Positions 33,461 to 46,074 of a DNA stretch of 64,000 nucleotides are shown here, piece by piece. The position numbers and the translations under genes were made by a program. This stretch comes from Malacoraja senta. Its lineage: Eukaryota. The stretch covers positions 10,356,001 to 10,420,000 of the forward strand of contig CM075990.1 in assembly GCA_038087875.1 (NCBI GenBank). The letters are read 5' to 3'. The number at the start of each line of letters is the position of its first letter. The first letter of the stretch is position 1. The notes beneath the pieces were generated by a model that saw only the letters and a program-made list of their open reading frames with translations, was not told the origin of the DNA and searched no databases.

Positions 33461-34934
33461 AGTAAGCCTCATGTTTGCTGTTGACACCAAAACAGATGGT
33501 GTGGTACATAGTATGGAAGTTTCTATGGGGCAAACCTTCCTGGCTCTGAATAGGAGAATCAGTAGCATTTAGCCATTCCATTTAGCCATTAGTAAAACTG
33601 GATTACTGAGTAACAGTTTGAATGGGGAAATTACCTTTGCAGTCCTGATATAGGAATGGATGCCTATTTCAGTCAATGACAGTAGCTAAGGAAGCAAAGG
33701 ATGCTGTACGTTTTTAAAATTATTTGATGTCAGATTAATATTTTCTGTATTTTTTAATAACTGTTTTAATATAATTTTAAAATGTATTCTTATTTGTGTA
33801 CATCGATTTTAGTGTTAATTGCAGAGACATTTAACTACTGCAAACAGTCACTGACTAGGATATCTTTACCTTTTGTCAATGCCTGTCAGAACATTGGGGA
33901 CGAGGGCTTAAGTGCCTTGTTGTTGGTGAAACTTTGTTGTCTAACGCTGGGGTGTAGAGACCCTGCAAAATTGGTCCACCTCATTCAGAGCAGACGAATG
34001 TGAGCTGGCAGCAAACTGGCCATTGTCTGCAGTGAGCGACGAACTGAATCAAGGAAAAGACATCCTATTAACAGACAGGATGTCAATGCACTAAACAATG
34101 GGACAAAATTGCAGTGTTGATATCAACATACGTAAAAATAAAGTACTTTCCAAGTGGCAAGCCTAATTGAATGCCTGGGACAATATAACTTTTGGGGCAA
34201 ATTGTCGAAGGAAATCTGTTAGGATTTGCAGGCAAATACAGTTTAATTGGCCATTCTAGTACAGAGGCAGCGACACAGCCTTCTGTTCCATAGAGCAGCT
34301 GCTTTGGGGCATCTCGGCCAAATTGGGCTGGTAGAGAGAGGAAATGTCCATTGGCTGAACCTACTAAAGGTTAAAATGACCAAGTATAGGAGGCTCTGCT
34401 CACTGCATGGCAGAAATCAATTCCTGGAAGAAAGACAAGTGAAGCTTTTTATTTGATTTAATCAAGTTGGGATTTCTGTTGGATTAGTGTAAATGGGTGG
34501 CTGATGATTGGCGTGGACTCATGAGTCAAAGGGCCCATGCTGTATTTCTTTGTGATTAGGATTTTTTAAACTTTTGTGCTGGTGTGCATATTTTATCTTT
34601 TAATTTAATTTTGATATACTTTTCTGAAAATGGGTTTTGCGTGATTTTAAATGTTTGTTAATGTGAAGGGTATTTAGGTATACTCAGTCTAACAAGGATC
34701 ATTGATTACTGATCCTAAAGGCGGAACTTCACCACTGTCAATGGCATTACCGCAGTGGAGCTAGCCACCGGGAGAGACCTTGCACGGTGTCCTCCTGCAC
34801 TGGAGAACACCAGTGTGCTGGGAGCCAACCACCCTGCAGAAGAGTGAGTCCAGAACAACACTGTAAGAAATAGCCCTGGGGTTGGATAAGAGTGATCTCA
34901 GCGCAGTGGAAAAGCTTAAAGAGCATAGTGTGGC

Positions 34935-35190
34935 ATCATAAGATCATAACACATAGGAGCAAAATTCGGTTATTTGGCCCATTGAGTCTGATTTGCCATT
35001 CAATCACGGTTGATATATTTTTCCCTCTCAACCCCATACTCCATTCCTTCTCCCCATAACCATTGACGCCTTTGCTAATCAAGAAACTATCAAGCCCCGT
35101 TTCAAAAATTTCCCAATGACTTGCCTCCATGGTAATCTGTGGCAATGAGTTCCACATGTTCACCACCCTCTGGTTAAGGAAAATTCCTCC
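34935..35190 (-). mobile_element. CR1 LINE 3' fragment
   Basis: ORF 34936..35166(-) begins VNMWNSLPQ. (CATAAGAT) tail. Confidence 0.8.
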
Positions 35191-36471
35191 TCCTGATACT
35201 TGGAATGCGGCCCTTCACTTATGGGGAGAGATTGCACAATCTAAATTCAAATATGTTGAATTTAGAAGCTTAAGTGTTAATTTAATGGATATTTTCAAAA
35301 TATTAAAAAGTGATTGAATAAATAAGGAGGACCTATTTTCAATGGCAGGCGGGTGTAGGAATAGGAGACGTGGTCTAATGATTTAGAACCAAGGCATTAG
35401 GAGGGAATACATGTGTGGATAATGTGACAGAAATGTGGAAATATCAATTGATACTTGGTCCATTGCTAATCGTATATTTGTAACTGTAGTTTGTTTGTTA
35501 AGCAGATATTAAGGAATCGTGCATGAAATATCCATTGATGGAGTTTTGTCACAGCCCAGCCATGAATGGGAATGTATGAGACAGATTATCCCATTATTGT
35601 ATCTGTACATTCAACATCAACTATGTTTACTGTTCGACCTAACCCTTCACTATAACTTTTAATCTCTATTCACCATATTTGATCTACTTTTTCTCTGCTT
35701 TACAACAAATATTATATCCATTGTCATGGAGATTACATGGGCTTAAATTTCCTTCTAATTATATTCACCTGCACTCCATAATCTAGAATAATTTAATCAT
35801 TGTTTTTTAGGTCAATAAAGACCTTAAAATTAGCTATCTGGGACTTCAATGCTGTGAGGTCTTCTGTAGCTCCTCAAGAGATGTTGCAAACAATTTAGAC
35901 TCGGAAGCCTGTTTGGAATAAACACGATACAACTTTACCTATTCATGAAAGCTTCTCAAGCAGTTTCCAGTTCCTTGGAAATGGTGATGAGTACATTACA
36001 TAGTTAACCCAGAACCAAAGTTTAGAGGGCTAAGACCTTTGCTTTACACAGTCAAGTCAACCTCAGACATAACTTTGCCTATGTCTACTTTAACCCTTCA
36101 TGTTAATCCTGTTGTTGCATTTATTTTCCCAATTTCATGATGGTTTTGAAGCCACCATGTGCACAAAATTAGGAAATGTCATGTATTTAAGATTAAACTT
36201 TATCTTAGACCCCATACAAATGTCAGTTTTCTTCCTTGGCTTTGCTTCATTTCTATTTGCCCCAAATGTTTTGTAGGATGAAAGAGTGGATTAATATGAG
36301 TTTGTATATTCTACAAGGAAGATTCTGGAAATTACTCATACAATCCGTCCATTAGTCAGAATTTTCCATTTTTCCAAATGTACACTCACGATCATATTTC
36401 ATTGGGTTATATTAAGGTTTATTTTGTTAGGATTGAGATCAATTAAACACAATTTCTGCCTGTTGTTTTTG

Positions 36472-36681
36472 TGGAATGGACCTGCAGATGCTGGTTTAAA
36501 CTGAAGATAGACACAAAAAGCTGGAGTAACTCAGCGGGTCAGACAGCATCTCTGGAGAAAAAGAATAGGTGACGTTTCTGGTCAAGACCCTTTTTCAGAT
36601 GTCTGACCTGAAATGTCGCCTATTCCTTTTCTCCAGAGATGCTTGTCTGACCTGCTAAGTTACTCCAGCTTTTTGTGTCTA
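36472..36681. mobile_element. Inverted dimer of Penelope-derived short element
   Basis: Mirror arms. 12-bp duplication CTGTTGTTTTTG (36460-36471, 36682-36693). Confidence 0.87.
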
Positions 36682-37319
36682 CTGTTGTTTTTGCTTCTTT
36701 GGTTTAAACTGTTGGATCCAAACTTTATGTCAAATGTTGACATTTCTGCCAACAAAATTGGAATACAATCAAGGTGCTCAGTCTACCTGGAAATCTCCAA
36801 GGACTAGAGAGTGAGTATTGCACTTTATATCCAGACCAAATATTGAAAGCAACAGGGTTTAAATACTGAGGAAGTCCTTTCTAGCTCTTTTTTTTTCCTG
36901 ATTTATTTTGTTTCAGTAAATTATTTCTAACTCTACCAGTGCACATGGTTATGGAATTCACCGTGTGGATAGAACGCGGCACTTGGTGCGATTGTTTATT
37001 CTGGGATTATTTTCATTAGATACTGCAGTAGTGCAAAATCATTCACAGCTTGAAATAATTAGCCATTCATCTGTATTTCTCCAGCCAACCAGATTGAACA
37101 TAAGTATACTTAGGGGATGAAACAGATATTTCAAGTGTTTTTTTGCCAATATCCTATCTGCTTTACTATTTAGTACTTAACCTTCATCTCAATTTTTTGT
37201 GGTGCAACCTTGTTTAAATTATGGGATGTTAGTGAGGCATATCTCTACTGCTGATCAGTCAATACAGATTTACTGCTTCACGTGAATTAATATGCATAAC
37301 ATTCAAAAATACCATGTAC

Positions 37320-37620
37320 AAGTGGGCATGGTTTTAAGGGATGGGTCAGGTAGGGAAGTGGGGTTTTATCCTTATTACAGTCAAGGAGTGTGTAATCTGT
37401 GGATATTACTACCCCAGGGGTCTGAGGAGGACGGAACACTGATTTTATTCAAGGCAGAGACAGATTTCTTGTCTTTTGGATCGTCAGGGGTTACAGAGAA
37501 CAAGCAGGAAAGTGGAAGTGAGGTCATGATCGGTTCAGCTGTGATCTTACTGAATGGCAGAGCAGGCTCAAGGGGACATATGGCTTACTCCTGATTATAA
37601 TCTTATGCGGTTATGATCAA
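37320..37620 (+). mobile_element. Decayed CR1 3' fragment
   Basis: GTGTAATCTGTGGAT..ACCCCAG..ATTCAAGGCAGAGACAGAT..TGAATGGCAGAGCAGGCTCAAGGGG..TGGCTTACTCCTG. Confidence 0.7.
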
Positions 37621-38740
37621 GAGACAAAGTCAAAGAACCCAAAACCGACCCATGTATCTGCATGCTAATTGCCAATTACAGAGGCAAATATTGAAAATGT
37701 AGTGGTTTTCTAATAGCAGAAGACCAGTGTTGGATTAGGGCAGAACACATCAAGGATAAAATTCACATGCAGAGTTTAACTGGAGACTAAGAACATTTCC
37801 AGATCCACTTTTCCCTGTCAGCATTGCGTGCCTTATGATCAGCAGCTGTTAAATATTTATATTATGTTTATTTAATTCTCATCAACTGTTCCTGTTTCAA
37901 AAATGAGACATTCAGACATAAACGTTGCTGGTCTTTTGCCGCCCACTTTTCCATGGAGTGCGGAGAGCAGAGGGCGGAAAGCACAGCTTCTCGTCTTGAA
38001 TCCTAAGAGAGCATCCACTCGCATTCTCAAACTGTGGGAGACTTTCATGTGGACAAAGGCAAACTCCGCATAGCCATTAGGCTGGAAATTCAATTGCAAA
38101 ATACTTATTTTCCCCCCTCTGGTGATGTGGGATTGAATATCAATCTCTCCTGGAGTGAAGTGCACTCCATTTCCAGGTCATTTTGTGTCACTTGCACGAC
38201 ATACCCTTGAGCTAGTTACTGCATCAGTCACGTGTAGGATAACGTTACATGTGCAAAGTTCCTTTACAAGCATTACTGGGGAAATTAAATCATTATTCTG
38301 GAAACATAAATCTTTGGCCAATTTCACTATAACTTAACTCTAACAAAGCAGTCTTGAATGGGATTCCTCTAAAGCGAGTCACATAAAAACCCTTTGCCAT
38401 GTAAGCTTCCATGCCCTCTCTATAGCACCGAGCCCATTATCACCATCTTGATCTTGGTATCATGCAATGTCCAAGCCTCAACTCTCCGATCTTAATTATT
38501 GTCAGGACCCCATCCGATAACCAGTGAATTAGTCACATCCAATCCACTCAGATCTCGTCTAATGATGACAATTCCTTGAACCTCATAGACTTGATTTCCC
38601 TTCAGTCCAGTTTAGTTTGCAGGCACTCTCTCTCTCTGCAGTCTTGGCCTTAGCTAAACTGCCTGACGTCCAGTCCCATATGCAAAGTAGATGTAGAATT
38701 ATTTTTACACGTGTGTTCTTATGGAGGACCATTCATGAGG

Positions 38741-39153
38741 TGATAGACACAAAAAGCTGGAGTAACTCAGTGGGACAGGCAGCATCTCTAGAGAGAAGGA
38801 ATGGGTGATGTTTTGGATCGAGACCCTTCTTCAGACTGAAAGTCATGGGAAAGGGAAACGATAAATATAGATGATGATGTACAGAGACATAGTTTCAATG
38901 AATCAAAGACATGCAAGGAAGTAACGACGATAAAGGAAACAAGCTATTGTTAGCTGTTTGTTGGGTGATCCCCCCCCCCACCCACCCAAGTCGCACCAGC
39001 TTCTCGTGCCACCCAACAACGAGACTTTCAGTCTGAAGAAGGGTCTCGACCCGAAACGTCACCCATTCCTTCTCTCCAGAGATGCTGCCTGTCCTGCTGA
39101 GTTACTCCAGCTTTTTGTGTCTATCTTCGGTTTAAACCAGCATCCTTCCTACC
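38741..39153. mobile_element. Inverted dimer of Penelope pLTR-derived element
   Basis: Minus arm 38741-38965 and plus arm about 38970-39150. 12-bp duplication CCATTCATGAGG (38729-38740, 39154-39165). Confidence 0.88.
39030..39063 (+). ncRNA. Minimal hammerhead-ribozyme-like motif
   Basis: AGT-CTGAAGA-A-GGGT(CTCG)ACCC-GAAA-CGTC-ACC: intact core with a GUC triplet. Confidence 0.62.
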
Positions 39154-39179
39154 CCATTCATGAGGGTAATGGATAGGAT

Positions 39180-39495
39180 AAATGTCTTTTACACAAAGTA
39201 GGAGAACAAAACGGGAGATATAGGTTTAAGCTGAAAGGGAAAAGATTGAATAGGAACCTGAGGGGCAACGTTTTCACAGAGTGTGGTCAGTATAGGGAAT
39301 AAGCTGCCAAAGGAGGTAGTTGAGACAGGTACTATAGCAACATTTAAAAGACATTTGGACATGTATATGGATAGGAATGGTTTAGAGGGATAGGGGCCAA
39401 TCATGGGCAGGTCTGACTGGCACAGATGGGTATTTTGGCCGACACGAAAAAGTTGGGCTGAAAGGCCTGTTTCTATGCAGTATGACTCTCTGAAT
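39180..39495 (+). mobile_element. CR1 LINE 3' fragment
   Basis: AATAGGAACCTGAGGGGCAAC..TTCACAGAG..CATTTAAAAGACATTTGGAC..GGCCTGTTTCTATGC..ATGACTCT. Confidence 0.8.
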
Positions 39496-41194
39496 CCACG
39501 ATATGGTGTCAAGGCTGGGCTTATATTCCTTGAAACGAGACTCTGAGAAAATTCAACTGACAGGTACAAATCATGAGAAGTCTAATCGCGGTAAATAGAA
39601 CAGTGATTAGGAAGCATTGATTTATGTTAATTAATTGTAGCAATGGAAGAATTATTGTTTTGGATCAATGAGTAGTGGGTTTCTGAAACTCACTTCTTGA
39701 AAGGTTGTTGAGCAGAAATATTTATCATACCTGAACAACAACTTGAAGAGCCTTAACCTAGTTCATTGGGACAAGAGCTGACTGAGAATGGGATGGACTG
39801 TTTGAAATTGACCAGCATAACTACAATGGTCCAAATCACCTCATTCTACATTATCAATGTCTAACTTCCTTTTAATATTGTGGAGTGCTCATTCAAACTT
39901 CCTGTGCTTAGGCAGTGTTGATCATTCCTGGTCGAACCAGGGAGTTCGGAAAAGTTGAATTTGGATCTGTCAACAAGGGTGAAGTCCTGCAGTTGAGTAG
40001 AAGGTCGTAAAACTATTTTCCTTCTGCATACTTTTCCAAAAATAATTTATTATATTTATCATTGCATGCAAAAAAAACCTGCTTCCTCCTCCTCAAAGTC
40101 TCTCCACTTATTTAAGCTAATTCCGACAGAGAGTCTGCGATGAATTCTCCATTCCGTGCCTGGATCCAGCAGCTGGTAGTGGGAAAATTTGAGAAAGGAA
40201 GAGATAAGACGGCAATGAGGAGTAAAGCTCAGAGATCCCACGACATGATTTTCAGACTGCATTGAAACACCCATTGCAGTGAGAATGCTGAGCTTTCCGA
40301 CAAACATTTTCAGAGAGTTTGTAGCTAAATAGGAGAATAGTTTTGGTCATGGAAATCTTAATAACAATGATGTGAAACTTTGATATAACTGTTTGTAAAT
40401 GAAGCAAGAAGATTAAGAAGAGGCAGCGCAATCCAGTATTTTGTACCTCCTACTTGGATAGAGTAATTGTACCCTAAACACCAATACTTACAGGCTATTT
40501 TGCACTTTAGTTTGGCTGCCGTACAGTTCTGCGATTCACTCCTTCATACCCTTTGCCTTTTTCCACCTGCTGTAAAGCAATTGTTAAATCCAATTCCCTG
40601 ATATCTTCTTACATGGCACTATGTCAAAGTTGTTTGGCAACATTAAAAATGCTGCAAAAACAAAAATAACTTATTGAGGCCCTGTTATTCAGTCACATTT
40701 TACATTGTTTAAAAAACTGCATTTGATGCAATTGACCACTCTGACAGTGGCAGGTTAAGAGCAACGATTACGAATTGGCAAAATAGCTTGTCCTTCCTGA
40801 CATGCTCCTTTCCCCATCCGTGCGCTGCCTTGTATTAATTCCCTCTTTTCCATATGTTCCTGTTGTACAATTATCTCATTCAATCATGTACCCTCTCAGG
40901 GCTTTGGCAATCCGCTGGAAAGTCAATCTTACAAATTCCAGATATGCAACAGGCCAATCTCCTGTGAGAGTAAGACTTCCATTTTCTTGGGAATGTTAAA
41001 AACTGATGCCAAAAATGAATGTAAATACGTTAAAAAATGTGAGTAGGGAAGGTCAGGACAGGCTTTATTTCTACTTTCAATAGCAGAAAGAATAGTGAAA
41101 CATTGTGCACTGAGTATACTCTCACAGTGGGGCTAATCCCAACGTGTAAACATTCCCTTATTCTCAAAGGCAGTTGGAATTTACAGGGGAATGT

Positions 41195-41680
41195 GATGAA
41201 ACATGGAACTGTACAGCACAGGAACAGGACCTGTGGCCCAGAATGTTTATGCCCAACATGATGTCAAGACCAAGTTTTATCTACCTGCACATTAATCTCT
41301 CTCTATCCATCCATTCCCTGCATATATCAATGTGCCAATCCAAAAGTCTCCTAAATGCTACAGTTGTATCTGCCTTAACCACCATCCCCAGCACTGCATT
41401 TCACTCACTAACGTCTGTGTAAAAAAATTGCCCTGCACATCTCTAAATTGCCCCTCTCATCTTAAACTATGCCCTCAAGTATTTGATGTTTCCAACCTGG
41501 GAAAATGGTTCTGACTGTTTTTCCTATCTATGCCTCTCATAATTTTATGCATCTCCACCAGATTTCACTGCAAACTCCGGCATTCTGACAAAAACAATCC
41601 AAGTCTGTCCAACCTCTCCCTGTAGCTAATACCCACTAATCCAGACATCATTCCGGCAAACCTCCTTTCCAATCCTACCC
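41195..41680 (-). mobile_element. Decayed CR1 3' fragment
   Basis: Reverse-strand CR1 motifs: CTTAAACTATGCCCTC, CTATCTATGCCTCTCATAATTTTAT, AAAACAATCCAAGTCTGTCCAACCTCTC. Confidence 0.75.
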
Positions 41681-41989
41681 CTCCAAGATTATCCCTACCT
41701 CCAACAACCTACCACCCCCCCCCCTCCCCCCCCAGTCCTCACTATCCCACAAACACATCCAAAGCATTGGGTCCCTGTCTCTTCATACTATGGTCGAGAT
41801 GCAGACTGGCAGAGACTTCCACATGGAACTCGTATACTGGACCTTTGAGAAGTTAGTGTGGAGTTAATTCCAAGCTGTTGGAGCAGTCATTGAAACTATT
41901 ACCTGAAATGCTGCACCCAACACCAGACAAGAGGGTTTCAGATAAGGAGAGAAATGGAATATAAAATCAGAGTCCTTCAGCTGTATCCC

Positions 41990-42336
41990 TCCCCGTAGCT
42001 TTGCAATTCACTCCTCTTCTCAGTTTACCAGACACCATTTTGTCTGTTTTTCATCTGTAGCCTTTGTCCACCACCTTCCAGTCAAACCCTTCACACCTGT
42101 ATCCACCATTATCATTGTTAATCTTTTGCATATCTTTCATTCATTGTTCTTTATCTCTCTACATCATCTTCTATATCTCTCATTTCCCCTTCCAGTGACT
42201 TCAGTCTGAAGAAGGGTCTCGACCCGAAACGTTACCCATTCCTTCTCTCCAGAGGTGCTGTCTGTCCCGCTGAGTTACTCCAGCTTTTTGTGGCTATCTT
42301 TGGTTTAAACCGGCATCTGCAGTTTCTTCCTACACA
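41990..42336 (+). mobile_element. Penelope pLTR-derived element with hammerhead-like motif (42206-42234)
   Basis: TCAGTCTGAAGAAGGGTCTCGACCCGAAACGTTACCC...GCTGAGTTACTCCAGC...TTCCTACAC. Confidence 0.8.
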
Positions 42337-42449
42337 TTCCACCTACTAATTGCCATGCTTCGTCCCCACCACCTCGTTCCTAGTTTCCCAAGTGACCTTC
42401 TATGGCTTCCCTCCAGTTCTTTCATCATACATATTGCATAAACACATTG

Positions 42450-42845
42450 ACAGGGGTTATGGGGAGAAGACAGGAGAATGGGATTGAGAGGGAGAGATAG
42501 ATCAGCCATGTTTGAATGGCAGAGTAGACTTGAGGAGCCGAATGGCTGAATTCTGGTCCTATCACTTATGAACCTATGACAATGAGTTAGGCTAAGACAC
42601 TTGTACTAATGCACAATTGTCGGGTTCTGAAATGAGCACAGCCGACCCCAGTTAATTGTTGTAGAATGGTTTCAGGCATTGATTAATGTCATCCTGAACT
42701 GATACATTCTTTTACAATTATTGATACCATTGGAACTCCCCATTGTAGACAATAGACAATAGACAATAGGTGCAGGAGTAGGCCATTCAGCCCTTCGAGC
42801 CAACACCGCGATTCAATGTGATCATTGCTAATCATCCACAATCAC
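42450..42845. mobile_element. Two CR1 3' UTR fragments (about 42450-42580 on +, about 42745-42845 on -)
   Basis: These match 3955-4080 and 12459-12550 respectively. The second has a (TAGACAA)n tail. Confidence 0.75.
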
Positions 42846-43469
42846 CCAGTCAACATTTATCATCTAATTCATAGCACAGGTTTTTGACTTTGGGCATTTC
42901 CTTTATTCTCAGTATGTTGTGTGCAAGACTATTAAAATAATGGGTGTGGAATTCATGTAACAATGGAAACTCCCTAACCCTGTTTCCTGATGACCGTATA
43001 CAGTGCTTTGTATTTGGCACAAATGTTCAGTATTTACTATGGGGAGATATTCTCCAGCAAGTACTTAACTTTGTTTGAGCTGGCAGAGATCTCCTGCACA
43101 TTTTGATTGAAAATAAAACAGATATGTTTAAAAAGGAAGTGTGCAAGAGCTGCTTTCTTACTGCAGGTTTCGTTGATGCCATGTGGTTTTGGATAAGCAC
43201 CAACATGAATGCAGGATGTGAGTCTGAAATCTGCTCAGTGATCTGACCCCCAAATCCACTGAAGCAGGGAGGTGTTAAACCATTTTCCTACTTTCTGGCA
43301 TTTATCTGGAACGGGACCAGGCTGTTTGCAACCTCAATGTTAGATCTGACCACAAGTTGAGGTTTGGAATGCATCTAATCCATCACTAAGAACATTAATT
43401 TCCAACGGTGCAAAGCAGCTCGAATCCACCCCATTTTATTTCATCGCTGCTGAAATTCTCACCCCTGCT

Positions 43470-43814
43470 GGGGCAGCTAGTGCCGCAACAGTAGAGTTAC
43501 TGCCTTACTTGTGCCAGAGACCGAGGTTCGATCCTGATTATGGATGTTATTTGTACAGAGATTGCACATTCTTCCAGTGACCACATGATTTTTTTCCGGT
43601 TTTCTCCCTCATTCCCAAGACGTATCAGTTTGTAGGTGAATTGGCTTCTCTAAATTGCCCCTAGGGTGTAGGATGCAAAACCATGATAACATAGAACTAG
43701 TGTACAGGTGATCATTGGTCGGCATGGACTTGGTGGGGTGAAGAGCCTGATTTTGTGCTGTATCTCTAAACTAAACTAAGCAAAGCTAAGATAAGCTAAA
43801 ACTAACCTAAACTA
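43470..43814 (+). mobile_element. HE1/V-SINE-like SINE
   Basis: GTAGAGTTACTGCCTTAC..GCCAGAGACCGAGGTTCGATCCTG head and (CTAAA)n tail. Confidence 0.85.
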
Positions 43815-43934
43815 AACATTTATTTTCCATCACCAAAAACACTGCTCAAAACCACCCCATCTTACTTTGTCTGCTGCTGAAATTCTCACCTCTGCTCCAG
43901 ACCTAACTTTTTGAAAGAAATCCTGGGTTTTGTG

Positions 43935-44150
43935 GTCCTAATTTCCAAAGGCGTGAGGGAATCCATGAATGCATCTGTTGTTCATGTTCGAACTCATATC
44001 AAATCCTATTCACCCCTGTGTTCACTGACCCATACTGGCCCCCCAGTTAAACAACTCAATTTTAAAATTTCTCTCCTTGTTTTCCAATCCTCTTGCTGCC
44101 TTTAATCTCTTGCAGGTCCACGATCATCAAAGACATCTGTACTCCTCTAA
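43935..44150 (+). mobile_element. Decayed L2-clade LINE fragment
   Basis: CACCCCTGTGTTCACTGACCCATACTGGCCCCCAGTT..TTTAAAATT..CCTTGTTTTC corresponds to the TPxLxxLHWLPV..FKILxLVF motif (compare 50660-50740). Confidence 0.55.
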
Positions 44151-44229
44151 TGTTAAAGATTCGATGTAAATGGAAATTGTTCTTGCTATTGGTGCACATT
44201 TCATATTCCATATTTCCTTATGAGAAAAG

Positions 44230-44540
44230 ACGAGGTTACTTTGGCCCATCATGTCTAAGCTGGCTCACCGAATAATTGCACTCCTTAATTCTTTTTGCTG
44301 AAACCCATATTTCCATCGTACAAAATCTACCACTGACCTAAACACTTGGGGAAAATTACAGTGATCAATTCACTACCAACCTACACATATTTGGAATGTA
44401 GGAGGAAACAGAAGCAGCCAGAGGAAACCCACATGGTCACGGGAAGAGTCTGTAGACTCCACACAGACAGCACTTGAGAGCAGAGTTGAACCTAGGTCAT
44501 GGGAGCTGTGAGACAATAGCTCCACCAGCCATGCCCATGC
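44230..44540 (-). mobile_element. Decayed HE1/V-SINE-like SINE
   Basis: TTGGAATGTAGGAGGAAAC..GGAAACCCACATGGTCACGGGAAGA..ACTCCACACAGACAGCAC. Confidence 0.7.
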
Positions 44541-44758
44541 ACCATCCATTTTTGCAACACAGCTAGTTTAACTCAGGTCAGATGCAAAACTATGTATAAA
44601 AAGTTTAGTTAGTTTAGTTTAGTTTAATTTAGAGTGTCTGTGAACTACTGGACCATTCATTCAAGAATTGTACAGCTTACCATGGACTATTTTCAAAATG
44701 GTGAGGCATGTTTTAAATAGAGCTAGTAGCATTGTTCAGTCTGTCCACTAAACCTTGT

Positions 44759-44922
44759 GTTTTTTTGGGGGGGGGTTTCGGTATCAAAAATAATTTATTC
44801 AATTACGATTTAAAATAATACTTACAAAACAAAATGGTGGTAACACACCATAGTACAAAATCACCAAATTATTTAAGACACTAAATTTTCAAATAACTAT
44901 AATACAGTCCTTATTGACGATA
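44759..44922 (-). mobile_element. Short polyadenylated retro-insertion (L1/Tx1-type 3' end)
   Basis: Perfect 14-bp duplication CCACTAAACCTTGT (44745-44758, 44923-44936). The minus strand has AATAAA followed by an A-rich end. Confidence 0.75.
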
Positions 44923-46074
44923 CCACTAAACCTTGTAGACTGCGGACCTCTGTAGTGTAATGACTGGTGAGTAGATTATTGGGGTAGGAGCAAGTTAAAT
45001 GGGAACTCATACTCAGGAATCAAAAGACACACTATGGCTGACACCGTCCTCCACCCAATGGTTTTATTGTTTAACTTCCGAAACATTCCTAAGACAAGCA
45101 CACCATTAAGCAGCTGAGAACAAGGATAAAATCTTGGTTCATATCAAGTAAATTTAAAATTTGCCAATGACCACAAAAACCCGTTGAACATATGCAAGTG
45201 TCCATTAATGATATTTCAATCCTCCTCACAAAATCCTATGTTTTATTTTGCACTACAGAGTCCGACTGGGTAAGTCATCAGTCGCAAGTCACAAATGATT
45301 CACAGTCAAGTCTCAAAAGAGCCTATGAAAGTGTATTTCAGGGGGGAAATACGATAACTGTTTCTCAATCACTGAGGCTCTCAAGTCCAAAGCCGTTCTT
45401 TAGAGAGTTTTTGTTTGTGCTTTGGGAAGAGTACAAACCGTCAGATCCAATGTGATACTCTTAACAGTCCATATAAATATCAACATCAACCTGCTACTCC
45501 CTGTCCAACATTGATTCATTAACCACATTAAAGGGCCATTTGGTCTTTCTGCTTGTGCCAGGCCTTTGAAAGAGCCATTCACTTAATTTCACTTACCCTG
45601 TCCATTTCCCAATAGCACTGAAAAATTGTTAACTTCCAAATATTTATCCAATTCCCTTTTGAAAGTTGCTACAGAATCTGGTTTCACCATCCTTCCAGGC
45701 AGTACACAACAGGTAAATTAATTTGCTGCTTAAAAAATCATTATCTTTACAGTTAGAGTTTATGCCAAGTACTGTACCTTGCACTAAGAAATAATGTTTG
45801 GTAACATGTGGATAATAAATGTTTAATAAATCTGAAATTCCTTTTGGCTAATTCAGTAGACATGCTAACTGGCTTAAACCAAATGGATTATTGCTGTCAC
45901 TAAAACAGCTGAGAGAGGAATTTCAGCTCAATGTGTTAACCTTGTTCCAATTATGCTATGTAATTTCAGAGACTAGCTTCCATACATTTTGCACTTGTGT
46001 GATGCAACAACACTGCATATATTACTGGAGTTACACTGCTCTTGAGGTACCTGGAATTAAATATTGAAAACAGG

